A stretch of DNA of 64,000 nt from Porticoccaceae bacterium (GTDB lineage Bacteria > Pseudomonadota > Gammaproteobacteria > Pseudomonadales > GM7GCV1). Position 1 is the stretch's first letter. Each line of letters starts with the position of its first letter. The position numbers and the translations under genes were made by a program. The notes below the pieces were generated by a model. That model saw nothing but the letters and a program-made list of their open reading frames with translations, was not told the origin of the DNA and ran no database searches. Below, in pieces: positions 40,172 to 50,970 of this stretch. The DNA lies in the NCBI GenBank assembly GCA_038145405.1, contig JAYQPQ010000001.1, positions 16,532 to 80,531 of the forward strand, given 5' to 3'.

Positions 40172-40823
40172 CGGCGCGGAATATCTCGGCGAAATCATTG
40201 AAGGCCCGGTAGCGGCCGGGCGGGCGCTCCGGCAGTTGCAGATCGGGCTGGGTGACGCAAAGCAAATGTGCCACGCCAAAGTCGCCGGCACTGTCTAGCA
40301 CGGCCTCTGTGTCATCGATAAAGAGGGTGCGCCCGGGGTCGAAATAATGCCGGTCCAGCAGGGCCTGCCAAAAGGGTGCCTGCTCCTTGGGGACCTGGTA
40401 ATGATGCGAGGAAATCAATGCATCAAAATGGTGCGCCATGGGCACATGGGCCATCTTCAAGTCGAGGCTATGGGGATGCGCATTGGTGATCAGCAAGGCC
40501 TGCTTGCCCTGGCTGTTGAGCCAGGCCAGAAACTCCAGGGCCCCCGGGCGCGGGCTGATCTTGTGGACAATCTCCTGTTTCAGCGCCACCAGATCTAGAT
40601 CCAGGGTGCGCGCCCAGAAATCCAGGCAATACCAATCCAGCGTGCCGCGCATGCGCTGGTAGCTGGCGACCAGCTGTTCACGTACCTCGGCGGCCTCGCG
40701 CCCCTGCATTTGGGCATAGCGCAGCGGCAAATACTCCAGCCAGAAGTAGTTGTCGAAATGCAGGTCGAGCAAGGTGCCGTCCATATCCAGCAGGACGGTG
40801 TCGATACGATCCCAATCAATCAT
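40158..40823 (-). CDS. yrfG: HAD-family hydrolase, YrfG-like GMP/IMP nucleotidase
   Basis: HAD motif I (LLDMDGTLLD) and motif IV (FIDD). Lies upstream of hslR. Confidence 0.8.
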   Translation of the reverse strand: MIDWDRIDTVLLDMDGTLLDLHFDNYFWLEYLPLRYAQMQGREAAEVREQLVASYQRMRGTLDWYCLDFWARTLDLDLVALKQEIVHKISPRPGALEFLAWLNSQGKQALLITNAHPHSLDLKMAHVPMAHHFDALISSHHYQVPKEQAPFWQALLDRHYFDPGRTLFIDDTEAVLDSAGDFGVAHLLCVTQPDLQLPERPPGRYRAFNDFAEIFRADGQP

Positions 40824-40879
40824 GGCAGTCAGGCTATAATCGCGAACCCCAAAACCGGCTCGCTTGGAATGGCTACGCG

Positions 40880-41695
40880 ATGGATATTACCCGATCTCTG
40901 CTCGACCAGGTCATTCAGCTCGCCGAGCTGGCTGGCGAAGCCATACTGCAGGTGTATGCGTCCGACGACGGTTTTACCACCGAGCACAAGGCCGACTCCA
41001 GCCCGGTAACCGAAGCGGATCGCGCCGCTCACCGCATTCTGGTGCCGGCGCTGCAGGCGCTGGACGCAAATATTCCCGTGCTGTCGGAAGAATCATCGCT
41101 ACCTGATTTCGCCGTTCGCTCCACCTGGTCGCGCTACTGGATTATCGATCCGCTCGATGGCACCAAGGAATTTATCAAGCGCAACGGCGAGTTCACCGTC
41201 AACATTGCCCTGATCGACCAGCACGTGCCGGTGCTGGGCGTAGTGCACGTGCCGGTACTGGGTGTGGCCTATGCCGGCGCAAGAGGCCTTGGCGCTTTCC
41301 GCCTGGATGAGGATGCCGAACAGCCTATTAGCACGCGGGCAGTGTCGACCGACCAACTGACCGTGGTGGCCAGCCGCAGCCATGGTTCCGACAGTGTTGA
41401 GCAGTGTCTGGCCCGCCTGAGCCGGCGCTTCGCAAAAATTGAGCGCCAATCCATGGGCAGTTCCCTGAAACTCTGTCTGGTCGCCGAGGGCAAGGCCGAT
41501 CTCTATCCGCGTCTGGCACCCACCAGCGAGTGGGACACCGCCGCTGCCCAGGCCGTGGTGGAAGCCGCCGGCGGCCTGGTGCTGGACGACAGCCTCGCGC
41601 CGCTGCGCTACAACACCAAGGCGGATATTCTGAACCCCTCGTTCTATGTGATTGGCGATCCGGCCTACGATTGGCCAGCGCTGCTCAAGACCTAA
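40880..41695 (+). CDS. cysQ: 3'(2'),5'-bisphosphate nucleotidase
   Basis: Inositol-monophosphatase-fold motifs (SPVTEADR, WIIDPLDGTKEF, GSSLKLC). Confidence 0.88.
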   Translation: MDITRSLLDQVIQLAELAGEAILQVYASDDGFTTEHKADSSPVTEADRAAHRILVPALQALDANIPVLSEESSLPDFAVRSTWSRYWIIDPLDGTKEFIKRNGEFTVNIALIDQHVPVLGVVHVPVLGVAYAGARGLGAFRLDEDAEQPISTRAVSTDQLTVVASRSHGSDSVEQCLARLSRRFAKIERQSMGSSLKLCLVAEGKADLYPRLAPTSEWDTAAAQAVVEAAGGLVLDDSLAPLRYNTKADILNPSFYVIGDPAYDWPALLKT

Positions 41696-42336
41696 CGATA
41701 TCTCGCATCGGCCACAAAAGGATTATTGCGACGCTCTTCGCCGATAGTGGACGTGGGGCCGTGACCCGGCACAAAGACCAGATCGTCACCCAGGGCAAAC
41801 AGCTTGCTGCGAATGGAATGCACCAGCTGTTGATGGTTGCTGCGCGGAAAATCGGAACGGCCGATACTGCCGCGAAACAGCACATCGCCTACCTGGGCCC
41901 AGCGTTGTCCGCGCTCGACATAGACCAGATGGCCCGGGGTGTGGCCAGGGCAGTGCAACACTTCCAACCGCAGATCGCCGAGCTCCACCACCTCGCCCTC
42001 CACCAGCCAGCGATCCGGCTGCAGCACGCCGCTGCTGGGCAACCCAAACGCGGCAGCCTGGGCCGGAATCTGATCCAGCCAGAACTGATCTTCGCGCTGC
42101 GGGCCCCAGACAGGAACCTGCAGTTGATCGGCCAGTTCGCGGGCGCCGCCAACGTGATCCAGATGCCCGTGAGTAAGCAGGACAAGTTCAACCTGCAGGT
42201 CGAGCTGCTGAATGCGTTGTTGAATGCGTGGTACGTCGCCACCGGGGTCGATGACGGCAGCGGTGCGGCCGTCGCCGGCTGCAAGCAGGGTGCAGTTCTG
42301 CTGGAATGCCGTGACCGGCAAGAGGTGATACTTCAC
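41692..42336 (-). CDS. ycbL: MBL-fold hydrolase, YcbL/GloC-type glyoxalase II
   Basis: THGHLDH motif. Nearly collinear with E. coli YcbL as I recall it (PVTAFQQNC..., HCPGHTPGH, GRSDFPR, PGHGP). Confidence 0.85.
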   Translation of the reverse strand: MKYHLLPVTAFQQNCTLLAAGDGRTAAVIDPGGDVPRIQQRIQQLDLQVELVLLTHGHLDHVGGARELADQLQVPVWGPQREDQFWLDQIPAQAAAFGLPSSGVLQPDRWLVEGEVVELGDLRLEVLHCPGHTPGHLVYVERGQRWAQVGDVLFRGSIGRSDFPRSNHQQLVHSIRSKLFALGDDLVFVPGHGPTSTIGEERRNNPFVADARYR

Positions 42337-43421
42337 TTGCGGATAATAATGGGGTCGCCGCGGTCAGCCATGATTTGCTCGATCAGTTCGAGCCCGGTGC
42401 GGTCGCAGGGCGATAGCTCGGCGTCAGAGTGGCCATAGGGCTGGGTGCGCTTGCCCCACTTCAGTAGATGGGCCGACCAGGTCAGGCCGGCGCCAAAAGC
42501 TGGGCACAGCAGATTGGCGCCGGGCACCATGCGATTCTCCTCCAGCGCCTCGACCACCGCCACCGGAATAGTGGCGGCAGAAATATTGCCGTAGCGGTGC
42601 ACATTCACATAGCAGCGCTCGGTGGGCACGCCGGCTTTCTTGGCCACGGCGTCGATAATGCGTTTGTTGGCCTGATGCGGAATGCACAGATCCACTTCCG
42701 TGGGCTTCATACCGGCTTCCTTCAACACCTCGGACGAGGCCTTGGCCATGGCAGTAACGGCGCGCTTGAAGATGTCCTGGCCCTGGAAGTTCCAATGCGT
42801 CAGATTGGGGCGCGGTTTTCCCGGCGCACAAAAACCGTAGTTGATTTCGAGTATGTCGCGCGCATCGGCAATACAACCCAGGCGCTCGGCCAATATGCCT
42901 TCGCGTTGCGGCGAGGATTCCAGCACCCAGGCTGCAGCGCCGTCGCCGAACAACACTGAAATGCTGCGATCCATCCAGGGCACTGGCTGCGACATAACAT
43001 CCGCGCCGATAACCACGGCATTGCGAATGGTGCCGGCCTTGATCAGGCCGGTGGCCGTCGACATGGCGTACATAAAGCCGGTGCAGGCGGTGTTGATGTC
43101 ATAGCAACCGGCATTGCGAGCGCCAAGCTTCTTCTGCACCAGCGAGGAGGTATTGGGCAGCATGGAATCGAAGGTACAGGAAGCCAGCACCACCATATCG
43201 AGATCGCGCGGGTTGAGCTTGGCGGCAGCCAGAGCTCGCGCGGCGGCTACATAGGCCAGCTCGGACAGGCCAACGTGGGAAATGCGCCGCTCCTTCATGC
43301 CCGTGCGCGTGGTGATCCACTCGTCAGACGTGTCGAGAAAGGTCGCGAGGTCGTCGTTGGTGACTACGGCTGGAGGCAGACATTTGCCCCAGCCGGTTAT
43401 GGCGGCATAGGTCATCGGCAC
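42333..43421 (-). CDS. 3-oxoacyl-ACP synthase III (FabH) paralog with a C-terminal extension
   Basis: Cys-His-Asn triad contexts (NTACTGFMYA, IPHQANKRI, GNISAATIP). About 40 extra C-terminal residues compared with canonical FabH. ATGA-type overlap with ycbL. Confidence 0.85.
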   Translation of the reverse strand: MPMTYAAITGWGKCLPPAVVTNDDLATFLDTSDEWITTRTGMKERRISHVGLSELAYVAAARALAAAKLNPRDLDMVVLASCTFDSMLPNTSSLVQKKLGARNAGCYDINTACTGFMYAMSTATGLIKAGTIRNAVVIGADVMSQPVPWMDRSISVLFGDGAAAWVLESSPQREGILAERLGCIADARDILEINYGFCAPGKPRPNLTHWNFQGQDIFKRAVTAMAKASSEVLKEAGMKPTEVDLCIPHQANKRIIDAVAKKAGVPTERCYVNVHRYGNISAATIPVAVVEALEENRMVPGANLLCPAFGAGLTWSAHLLKWGKRTQPYGHSDAELSPCDRTGLELIEQIMADRGDPIIIRK

Positions 43422-43599
43422 GGTTCGACAAAAAATTTGAGGGATTGTAGCAGACCGCCAAAGCCAGCATGGGGCGGCGCGTCACATCTTCATTCGTGCC
43501 GCTGCAGGGGTTATCGTAGAGGCCTGATAATAAAATGCCTATGCCTACCTGTAAAGCAGCTAAGCCAGAGCGGCCCGACACGAACAGGGCTCACTTCTG

Positions 43600-44544
43600 A
43601 TGCAAATGATCGAAGATGGCCTGATGTGGGCAGATGAGTCCATGGCGTCGGAATCCGCCAGTCCGGGGCTGGATCACCGGCTCATGTTCTTTGCCCTCAA
43701 CTACGCCTCAGTGGAAAAAATCCTGGCGCCCGAGGGCGCCTATATCAAGCCGCAAAGCAAACGTCTGGAATTGGAGAGCTTTAGCTTTGCCGAGCTGGAA
43801 GCCAAACGCCGCGAACTGCCGTCGCACAGCATTATCATTGAACCCTACGACCGCAAACTGAAGCAGAAGATTCTCAACGAGGAGATCAAGCCACTGATGG
43901 TGGAGATCTTTCAGTCGAGCGACCCGGCCAGCAAATTCAACTCGTTGCACTGGCCCGATTTCGTCGAATTCTTCATCAACTTGGCCTGGTGCAGTCGCCT
44001 CAATCTGCCCTTCGTGCTCGACCTCAAAACACTGCGCCGCCAGGTGGCCGTGGTCGCCAAGCGCATGCTGCAGGAAAAATCACTCGCCGATCCGCGACCC
44101 TTTCTGGAACTGCTTGTGTTGCTGGAACGCTACAAGGAATTTGAACTGAGCTTTTTTGTGCCGCAGCGCGAACAGGCTCGCAAGCCGCTGGATGTGTGGA
44201 ACCAGCTGCGCACCAGCGTGGAGTTCCGCCGCATGGCCACGGAAAAGCGCAATTTGGGCAAGGCTTTTGATATCAACACCCAGACCCGTATTGTCGAACG
44301 CCTGGCCATGAACGCCGAGCGCGCACCCAAGGTCAACCCGATCATCGCCAAGGTCGCCGGGGTGGGCAAAGCCAAAGTGTGGGCGTTCCGCGACCCCGAG
44401 GTGAGCATTCAATCGCCCAGCAGTCGTGTCTTTCTCGAGCAGTTCCACAGCAACGACTTCGCACCGCCCGTCTACGACCTGCCCTCATTGAAATCGCAGA
44501 GCCGCTATATCTTCGCGCCAACCGTGAACAAGTTTGACTCCTGA
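43600..44544 (+). CDS. Hypothetical protein (no family recognised)
   Basis: 314-aa ORF with genome-typical codon usage, predicted soluble and helix-rich. No motif I can name. The start is uncertain, with several Met codons in the first 15. Confidence 0.6.
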   Translation: MQMIEDGLMWADESMASESASPGLDHRLMFFALNYASVEKILAPEGAYIKPQSKRLELESFSFAELEAKRRELPSHSIIIEPYDRKLKQKILNEEIKPLMVEIFQSSDPASKFNSLHWPDFVEFFINLAWCSRLNLPFVLDLKTLRRQVAVVAKRMLQEKSLADPRPFLELLVLLERYKEFELSFFVPQREQARKPLDVWNQLRTSVEFRRMATEKRNLGKAFDINTQTRIVERLAMNAERAPKVNPIIAKVAGVGKAKVWAFRDPEVSIQSPSSRVFLEQFHSNDFAPPVYDLPSLKSQSRYIFAPTVNKFDS

Positions 44545-44670
44545 GATGGCAGTCCCTGCCTGCAAGGCCTAGGGCAAAATTCCTCGCGCGATACCAACCC
44601 TGGTTGCGCCGATGGGTTGAGACGAAACCCCCATATGTTGCAGAAGCAGGTCGCTCCGGGGTGCTCGACA

Positions 44671-44702
44671 ATACTTGACTAAAAAACTCGGGTATTTACA
44701 AT
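44671..44702 (+). promoter_or_regulatory. iscR-suf promoter with an overlapping type-1-like IscR box
   Basis: ATACTTGACTAAAAAACTCGGGTAT (44671-44695) fits the 25-bp type-1 IscR motif ATASYYGACTRWWWYAGTCRRSTAT with 2 mismatches. It embeds a -35 TTGACT (44675-80), followed 16 nt later by a -10 TACAAT (44697-702). Confidence 0.6.
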
Positions 44703-44772
44703 GCCCGCCTCAGCCTGAATACGGGCCGGAGGCTGCCATTCTGGCTGGTCTACCCGCCCTGGGAGAGCCGCC

Positions 44773-45252
44773 GTGCGCCTGACAACTCGTGGCCGTTATG
44801 CCGTCACCGCCATTCTCGACCTGGCCCTGCACCAGCAGCGCGGGCCGGTTTGCCTGGCGCATATTTCCGCGCGCCAGGAAATCTCGCTGTCTTACCTGGA
44901 ACAGTTGTTTTCCAAGTTGCGGCGCAAAGGTCTGGTGGCCAGCGTGCGCGGCCCCGGCGGCGGCTATCAGCTGGCTCGCCCCATGGCCGAGATCAGTGTG
45001 GCTGAGGTGACCGATGCGGTGAACGAACGCATCGACGCCACCCGCTGTCAGGGCGTCGGCACCTGTCAAAAGGGCGAAACCTGTCTGACCCACCACCTCT
45101 GGCTGGATCTGAGCGATCAGATTTACGAGTTCCTCGACGGCATTTCGCTGGCCGACCTGGTAGCACGACGCGACATCCAGAAGGTATCTGAGCGCCAGAC
45201 CAAGGTCGAGCTGGCACGCGAGCAGGACGGCATTCCGCTGGCCAATTTCTGA
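44773..45252 (+). CDS. iscR: Rrf2-family Fe-S cluster regulator IscR
   Basis: GTG start with GGGAGAG upstream. [18 protein letters not shown] wHTH, plus Cx5Cx5C and His cluster ligands ([20 protein letters not shown]). Confidence 0.88.
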   Translation: MRLTTRGRYAVTAILDLALHQQRGPVCLAHISARQEISLSYLEQLFSKLRRKGLVASVRGPGGGYQLARPMAEISVAEVTDAVNERIDATRCQGVGTCQKGETCLTHHLWLDLSDQIYEFLDGISLADLVARRDIQKVSERQTKVELAREQDGIPLANF

Positions 45253-45294
45253 ATACATCACGACCCATTACCCCATGGGTGAAGTAAAGAAGTC

Positions 45295-46731
<1,437 letters not shown>

Positions 46732-46751
46732 CAAGAGAAATTAGCGGAGAC

Positions 46752-47507
46752 ATGAGTTTGTTGCTGTCAATCAAGAACCTGCACGCCGAAGTGCAGGGCA
46801 AGGAAATCCTCAAAGGCCTGAACCTGGAGGTCAATCCCGGTGAGGTGCATGCCATCATGGGCCCCAATGGCTCGGGCAAAAGCACCCTAGGCCATGTGCT
46901 GGCCGGCCGCGATGGCTACGAGCCGACCAAGGGCAAGGTCAAGTTCCTGGGTGAAGACCTGTTCGAAATGAGCACCGAGGAGCGCGCCCGCAACGGCCTG
47001 TTCCTGGCCTTCCAATATCCGGTGGAAATTCCCGGTGTAAGCAATATGGAATTTCTCAAGGCCTCGGTGGATGCCGTGCGCGATGCACGCGGATTGCCGG
47101 TGCTGGACTCAGTCGCCTTTCTGAAACTGGCGCGCGAGGCCTGCAAGGCAGTGAATCTGGATCAAAACTTTCTTAAGCGCGGCGTCAACGAAGGTTTTTC
47201 CGGCGGCGAGAAAAAGCGCAACGAGCTGATGCAAATGATGCTGCTGGAGCCGACCCTGGCGATTCTCGACGAGACCGATTCCGGTCTGGATATCGATGCC
47301 CTGCAGGTGATTGCCAGCGGCGTCAACGGCATGCGCAGCAGCGAGCGCTCCTTCATTTTGGTGACTCACTACCAACGCCTGCTCGACTATATCGAGCCGG
47401 ACTTTGTACACGTGCTGGCTAGAGGCCGCATCGTCAAATCTGGCGACAAGAATCTGGCGCTGGAACTGGAAGCGCGCGGTTACGGCTGGCTGGAGTCGGC
47501 GGCCTGA
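46752..47507 (+). CDS. sufC: Fe-S cluster assembly ATPase SufC
   Basis: Walker A GPNGSGKST, ABC signature FSGGEKKR and Walker B ILDETDSGLD. Confidence 0.95.
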   Translation: MSLLLSIKNLHAEVQGKEILKGLNLEVNPGEVHAIMGPNGSGKSTLGHVLAGRDGYEPTKGKVKFLGEDLFEMSTEERARNGLFLAFQYPVEIPGVSNMEFLKASVDAVRDARGLPVLDSVAFLKLAREACKAVNLDQNFLKRGVNEGFSGGEKKRNELMQMMLLEPTLAILDETDSGLDIDALQVIASGVNGMRSSERSFILVTHYQRLLDYIEPDFVHVLARGRIVKSGDKNLALELEARGYGWLESAA

Positions 47508-48817
47508 TGTCGGACTTTATCCAGCAAGCACTGCAACTCAACCCCCAGGGACAGCCCTGGCTGGCCGAGCTGAAGCGCCTGGGTGCGTCCCGCTGGGCGG
47601 AATCCACTCTGCCGACACGAAAAACCGAGGCCTGGAAATACACCCGCTTGCGACCGCTGGAAACCGGCAATTACCTGGCGCACCCAAGGCCGGTGCGCAC
47701 CGGCGACCCGATTGCCGAGCACTACCAGATCGCCGGCCTGAACAGCCTCCAGCTGGGCTTTGTCGCCGGCCAGTACCAAGCCGCTCTTTCCACTAGCCAG
47801 TGGCCCGAGGGGCTGACCCTGGTGCGATTTTCCGAGGCCACAGCTGAACAAGCCAAGCTCATCGCCAGCCATATCGACAGCCTGACCGAGCGCGGCAAAC
47901 ATCTCTTTGCGGCGCTCAACGCCTGTTGGCTGGAAGAGGGTGTCTTTCTGCACTTGGCAGTCCATGCAGAGATTGCCCAACCCATTCAACTGGTCTGGCT
48001 CACCACGCGCCAGGATGCCGGCTTCAGCACCGCCCAGCGGCTGTTGGTGCTGGCGGAACCCGGTGCTCAGGCCACTCTGGTAGAGCATTTCGCCAGCGAC
48101 ACCGCCGAGCAGAACAGCTTTACCAATGGCATCAGCGAAATCGTGCTGCAGGCCGGCGCGCGACTGACCTACTACCGTTTGAATCTGGAAGAAGAGCACG
48201 CCCTGCATATCGGCGGCGCCCACTTTGGGCTGGCTGAGGGCGCAGTGCTGAACGCTTTTTGTCTAGCCATGGGCAGCAGCCTGAAACGCCTGGATCTGGT
48301 GGTGCATCATCTCGGCGAAAGCGCCCATTGCGATCTGAACGGTGTCTATCTCGCGCGTCGCGACCAGCATGTCGATATTCATAGCTGCATCGAACATGCG
48401 GTGCCGCGCTGCACTACCGAAGAAATCTTTCGTGGCATCGTCGGCGACAGTGCCCAGGCTGTGTTTAACGGGCGCATTCATATTCACGCGCAGGCGCAGA
48501 AGACTTCGGCGCGCTTGAGCAACAAGAATCTGCTCACCAGTGCCGACGCCGAGGTAGACACCAAGCCCGAGTTGGAAATCTACGCCAACGACGTGCAGTG
48601 CGCACACGGCGCCACGGTGGCCCAGCTCGACGAGCAGCTGCTCTACTATTTCCTCAGTCGCGGGATCTCGCGGCGCGAAGCCGAAGTCATGCTGAGTTTC
48701 GGCTTTATCAACGAATTGCTGGCGTGCCTGGCGCACCCGGCTATCGGCGACTACTTGCGCCCGCTGCTGGCTTCCCACTTCGCCGACGACCCGCAACTAG
48801 CGAGGCATATCGCATGA
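47507..48817 (+). CDS. sufD: Fe-S cluster assembly protein SufD
   Basis: SufB/D beta-helix C-terminal region (LEIYANDVQCAHGATVAQLDEQLLYYFLSRGI). Sits between sufC and sufS. Confidence 0.9.
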   Translation: MSDFIQQALQLNPQGQPWLAELKRLGASRWAESTLPTRKTEAWKYTRLRPLETGNYLAHPRPVRTGDPIAEHYQIAGLNSLQLGFVAGQYQAALSTSQWPEGLTLVRFSEATAEQAKLIASHIDSLTERGKHLFAALNACWLEEGVFLHLAVHAEIAQPIQLVWLTTRQDAGFSTAQRLLVLAEPGAQATLVEHFASDTAEQNSFTNGISEIVLQAGARLTYYRLNLEEEHALHIGGAHFGLAEGAVLNAFCLAMGSSLKRLDLVVHHLGESAHCDLNGVYLARRDQHVDIHSCIEHAVPRCTTEEIFRGIVGDSAQAVFNGRIHIHAQAQKTSARLSNKNLLTSADAEVDTKPELEIYANDVQCAHGATVAQLDEQLLYYFLSRGISRREAEVMLSFGFINELLACLAHPAIGDYLRPLLASHFADDPQLARHIA

Positions 48818-50061
48818 CCCGAGTGCATGCCGACGCCCCTGTGGCCTTTGATCTGGAGCGCTTGCGCCAGGATTTTCCCATCCTGCATCAGCAGGTTAAC
48901 GGGCATCCGCTGGTCTATCTGGACAATGCCGCCACCACGCAAAAGCCGAACGCAGTGATCGACGCCATTGCCGACTATTACCGCGGCTACAACGCCAATG
49001 TGCATCGCGCCGCTCATGCGCTGAGCGACCGCGCCACCCATGCCTTTGAACAGGCTCGCGCCAAGGTGGCGCGCTTTATCAACAGCCCGTCTGCGGAGCA
49101 GCTCATCTGGACCAGCGGCACCACCGCCTCGATCAATCTGGTGGCCTGCAGTTGGGGCCGCTCGCAGCTGCAAGCGGGCGATCGCATTCTGGTGTCCATG
49201 CTCGAGCACCACTCCAATATCGTGCCCTGGCAGATGATCGCCGCCGAACGCGGCGCCGAAGTGCTACCCATACCGATCAGCACCGAGGGCGAAATCAATC
49301 TGGAAGCGCTCGATGAATTGCTCGACGAGCGCGTCAAAATGCTGTCCTTCGGCCACGTCTCCAATGCGCTGGGTACGATTAACCCCGTGCGGGAACTGGT
49401 GGCCAAGGCCCATGCCGTCGGCGCCCAGGTGCTGGTCGACGGCGCGCAGGCGCTGGCCCACCTGCCGGTCGATGTACAGCAGCTGGGCTGCGATTTTTAC
49501 GCCTTCTCCGGCCACAAGATGTTTGGTCCCACCGGTATTGGTGGGTTGTGGGGCAAGATCGACCTACTGGAAGCCCTGCCGCCCTACCAGGGTGGCGGTG
49601 AGATGATTGAACACGTCAGCTTCACTGGCACTACCTACAACCAGCTGCCCTATAAATTCGAAGCCGGCACGCCCCATATTGCCGGGGCCATTGGCCTGGG
49701 CGCGGCGGTGGATTACCTGTCCACCATCGACCGCCTGGCGGCGGCGCGGCACGAGGAGGATCTACTGGGCTATGCTTTCGCACGCGGCGCAGACTTTCCC
49801 GGCTTGCAGCGCTACGGCACCGCAGCACAGGCTACCGCTGTATTCAGCTTTCTGCTGCAGGGCATACACCCCGCCGACGTCGGCACCCTGCTCGATCAGC
49901 AAGGTATTGCCGTGCGCACCGGCCACCACTGTGCCCAGCCCCTGATGGAAGGTTTTCGCATTACCGGTACCGTGCGGGCATCCTTTGCCCTTTATAACAG
50001 CAGGGACGAGGTGGATCGTCTTTTTGCCGGCCTAGAAAAGGCCCGCCAGTTTTTGTCTTAG
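48814..50061 (+). CDS. sufS: Cysteine desulfurase SufS (group II)
   Basis: YLDNAATTQKP, PLP lysine FSGHKM and active-site RTGHHCAQP. Start set at ATG 48814 (ATGA overlap with sufD); the extension from 48598 is rejected. Confidence 0.92.
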   Translation: MTRVHADAPVAFDLERLRQDFPILHQQVNGHPLVYLDNAATTQKPNAVIDAIADYYRGYNANVHRAAHALSDRATHAFEQARAKVARFINSPSAEQLIWTSGTTASINLVACSWGRSQLQAGDRILVSMLEHHSNIVPWQMIAAERGAEVLPIPISTEGEINLEALDELLDERVKMLSFGHVSNALGTINPVRELVAKAHAVGAQVLVDGAQALAHLPVDVQQLGCDFYAFSGHKMFGPTGIGGLWGKIDLLEALPPYQGGGEMIEHVSFTGTTYNQLPYKFEAGTPHIAGAIGLGAAVDYLSTIDRLAAARHEEDLLGYAFARGADFPGLQRYGTAAQATAVFSFLLQGIHPADVGTLLDQQGIAVRTGHHCAQPLMEGFRITGTVRASFALYNSRDEVDRLFAGLEKARQFLS

Positions 50062-50067
50062 GAGGTC

Positions 50068-50424
50068 ATGATTATGTCTGTAGAGACCTTTGCCCCCACC
50101 CAGAGCATTCGCCTGACCGAAGCGGCGCTGGCGCACTTTCGTCTGCAGCTGCAGCAATCCGGCAAGCAGGCCGTGCGTATCAGCCTGAAAGAAACTGGCT
50201 GCAACGGCCTCTCCTATGTGGTGGAAGGTGTGGACGCCAAGCTGGACGCCGACCTGGAGCTGCCGCTCGGCGGCGACGTGCGCATCTATGTCGAGTCCAA
50301 GGCGTTGCCCGCCCTGCAGGGCACCGAGATCGACTATGCACGCGAGGGCTTGAATCGGGCGCTGAAATTCAACAACCCCAATATCAAGGCCGAGTGCGGC
50401 TGCGGCGAAAGCTTCACCGTCTGA
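50068..50424 (+). CDS. sufA: A-type Fe-S cluster carrier (SufA/IscA family)
   Basis: GCNGLSY plus the C-terminal CGCGESF cysteine motif. Confidence 0.85.
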   Translation: MIMSVETFAPTQSIRLTEAALAHFRLQLQQSGKQAVRISLKETGCNGLSYVVEGVDAKLDADLELPLGGDVRIYVESKALPALQGTEIDYAREGLNRALKFNNPNIKAECGCGESFTV

Positions 50425-50433
50425 GGATGACGC

Positions 50434-50970
50434 ATGGCTGAACAACGCATGGTTCCCACGCTACGGGATTGCCCTGGCCGCATCGTACCCGTGGGCGACG
50501 CCATCACCATTCCGGCGCACACCTTTGTCACCATCACCCAGGCCCTAGGGGGCAATTACACCGTGGTTTATCGCGGCAATATGGTGCGGGTGGATGGCAC
50601 TGACGCCGATGCCCTGGGACTGGAAAAAACCGAGCTGCATTTCGATGCGCCGGCTGGCGACCAGATCGAAGAGGCCCAGGTGTGGCAGGCACTGGAGACG
50701 GTCTACGACCCGGAAATTCCGGTGAACCTGGTGAGCCTGGGCCTGATCTACAAGGTGGAGATCGACCAGACCGAGAAAAAGGTGCGTATCGCCATGACCC
50801 TGACGGCGCCCGGTTGCGGCATGGGTCCGGTGCTGGTGGGCGACGTGGAGTACCGCGTGTCCCTGGTGCCCAATGTGAAGGAGGTCGAGGTGGAACTGGT
50901 GTTCGATCCACCCTGGGATCGCAGCATGATGTCCGAGGAAGCCCAGCTGGAAACCGGGATGTTCTACTGA
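50434..50970 (+). CDS. sufT: SufT-like Fe-S assembly protein (C-terminal DUF59/MIP18 domain)
   Basis: 178 aa with a C-terminal DUF59 block (VYDPEIPVNLVSLGLIY...LTAPGCGMG), inside the suf operon. Confidence 0.8.
   Translation: MAEQRMVPTLRDCPGRIVPVGDAITIPAHTFVTITQALGGNYTVVYRGNMVRVDGTDADALGLEKTELHFDAPAGDQIEEAQVWQALETVYDPEIPVNLVSLGLIYKVEIDQTEKKVRIAMTLTAPGCGMGPVLVGDVEYRVSLVPNVKEVEVELVFDPPWDRSMMSEEAQLETGMFY

Noticed and set aside
41692-43421. The KAS III plus MBL-fold pair read as a PqsD/PqsE-like quinolone-signal module.
   Set aside because: The MBL protein is collinear with E. coli YcbL (glyoxalase II type, 214 aa), not PqsE-like. No pqsA, pqsB or pqsC-like genes are nearby.
48598-48813. N-terminal extensions of several ORF-track entries. 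Examples: sufS from 48598, sufE from 50682, rlmH to 27020, tkt to 17433, ygfB to 7863, dac to 21606, hslR to 40291 and waaA to 2010.
   Set aside because: The extensions overlap the preceding gene and are Arg/Pro-rich. Internal starts reproduce the family-typical N-termini, often with ATGA-type coupling.
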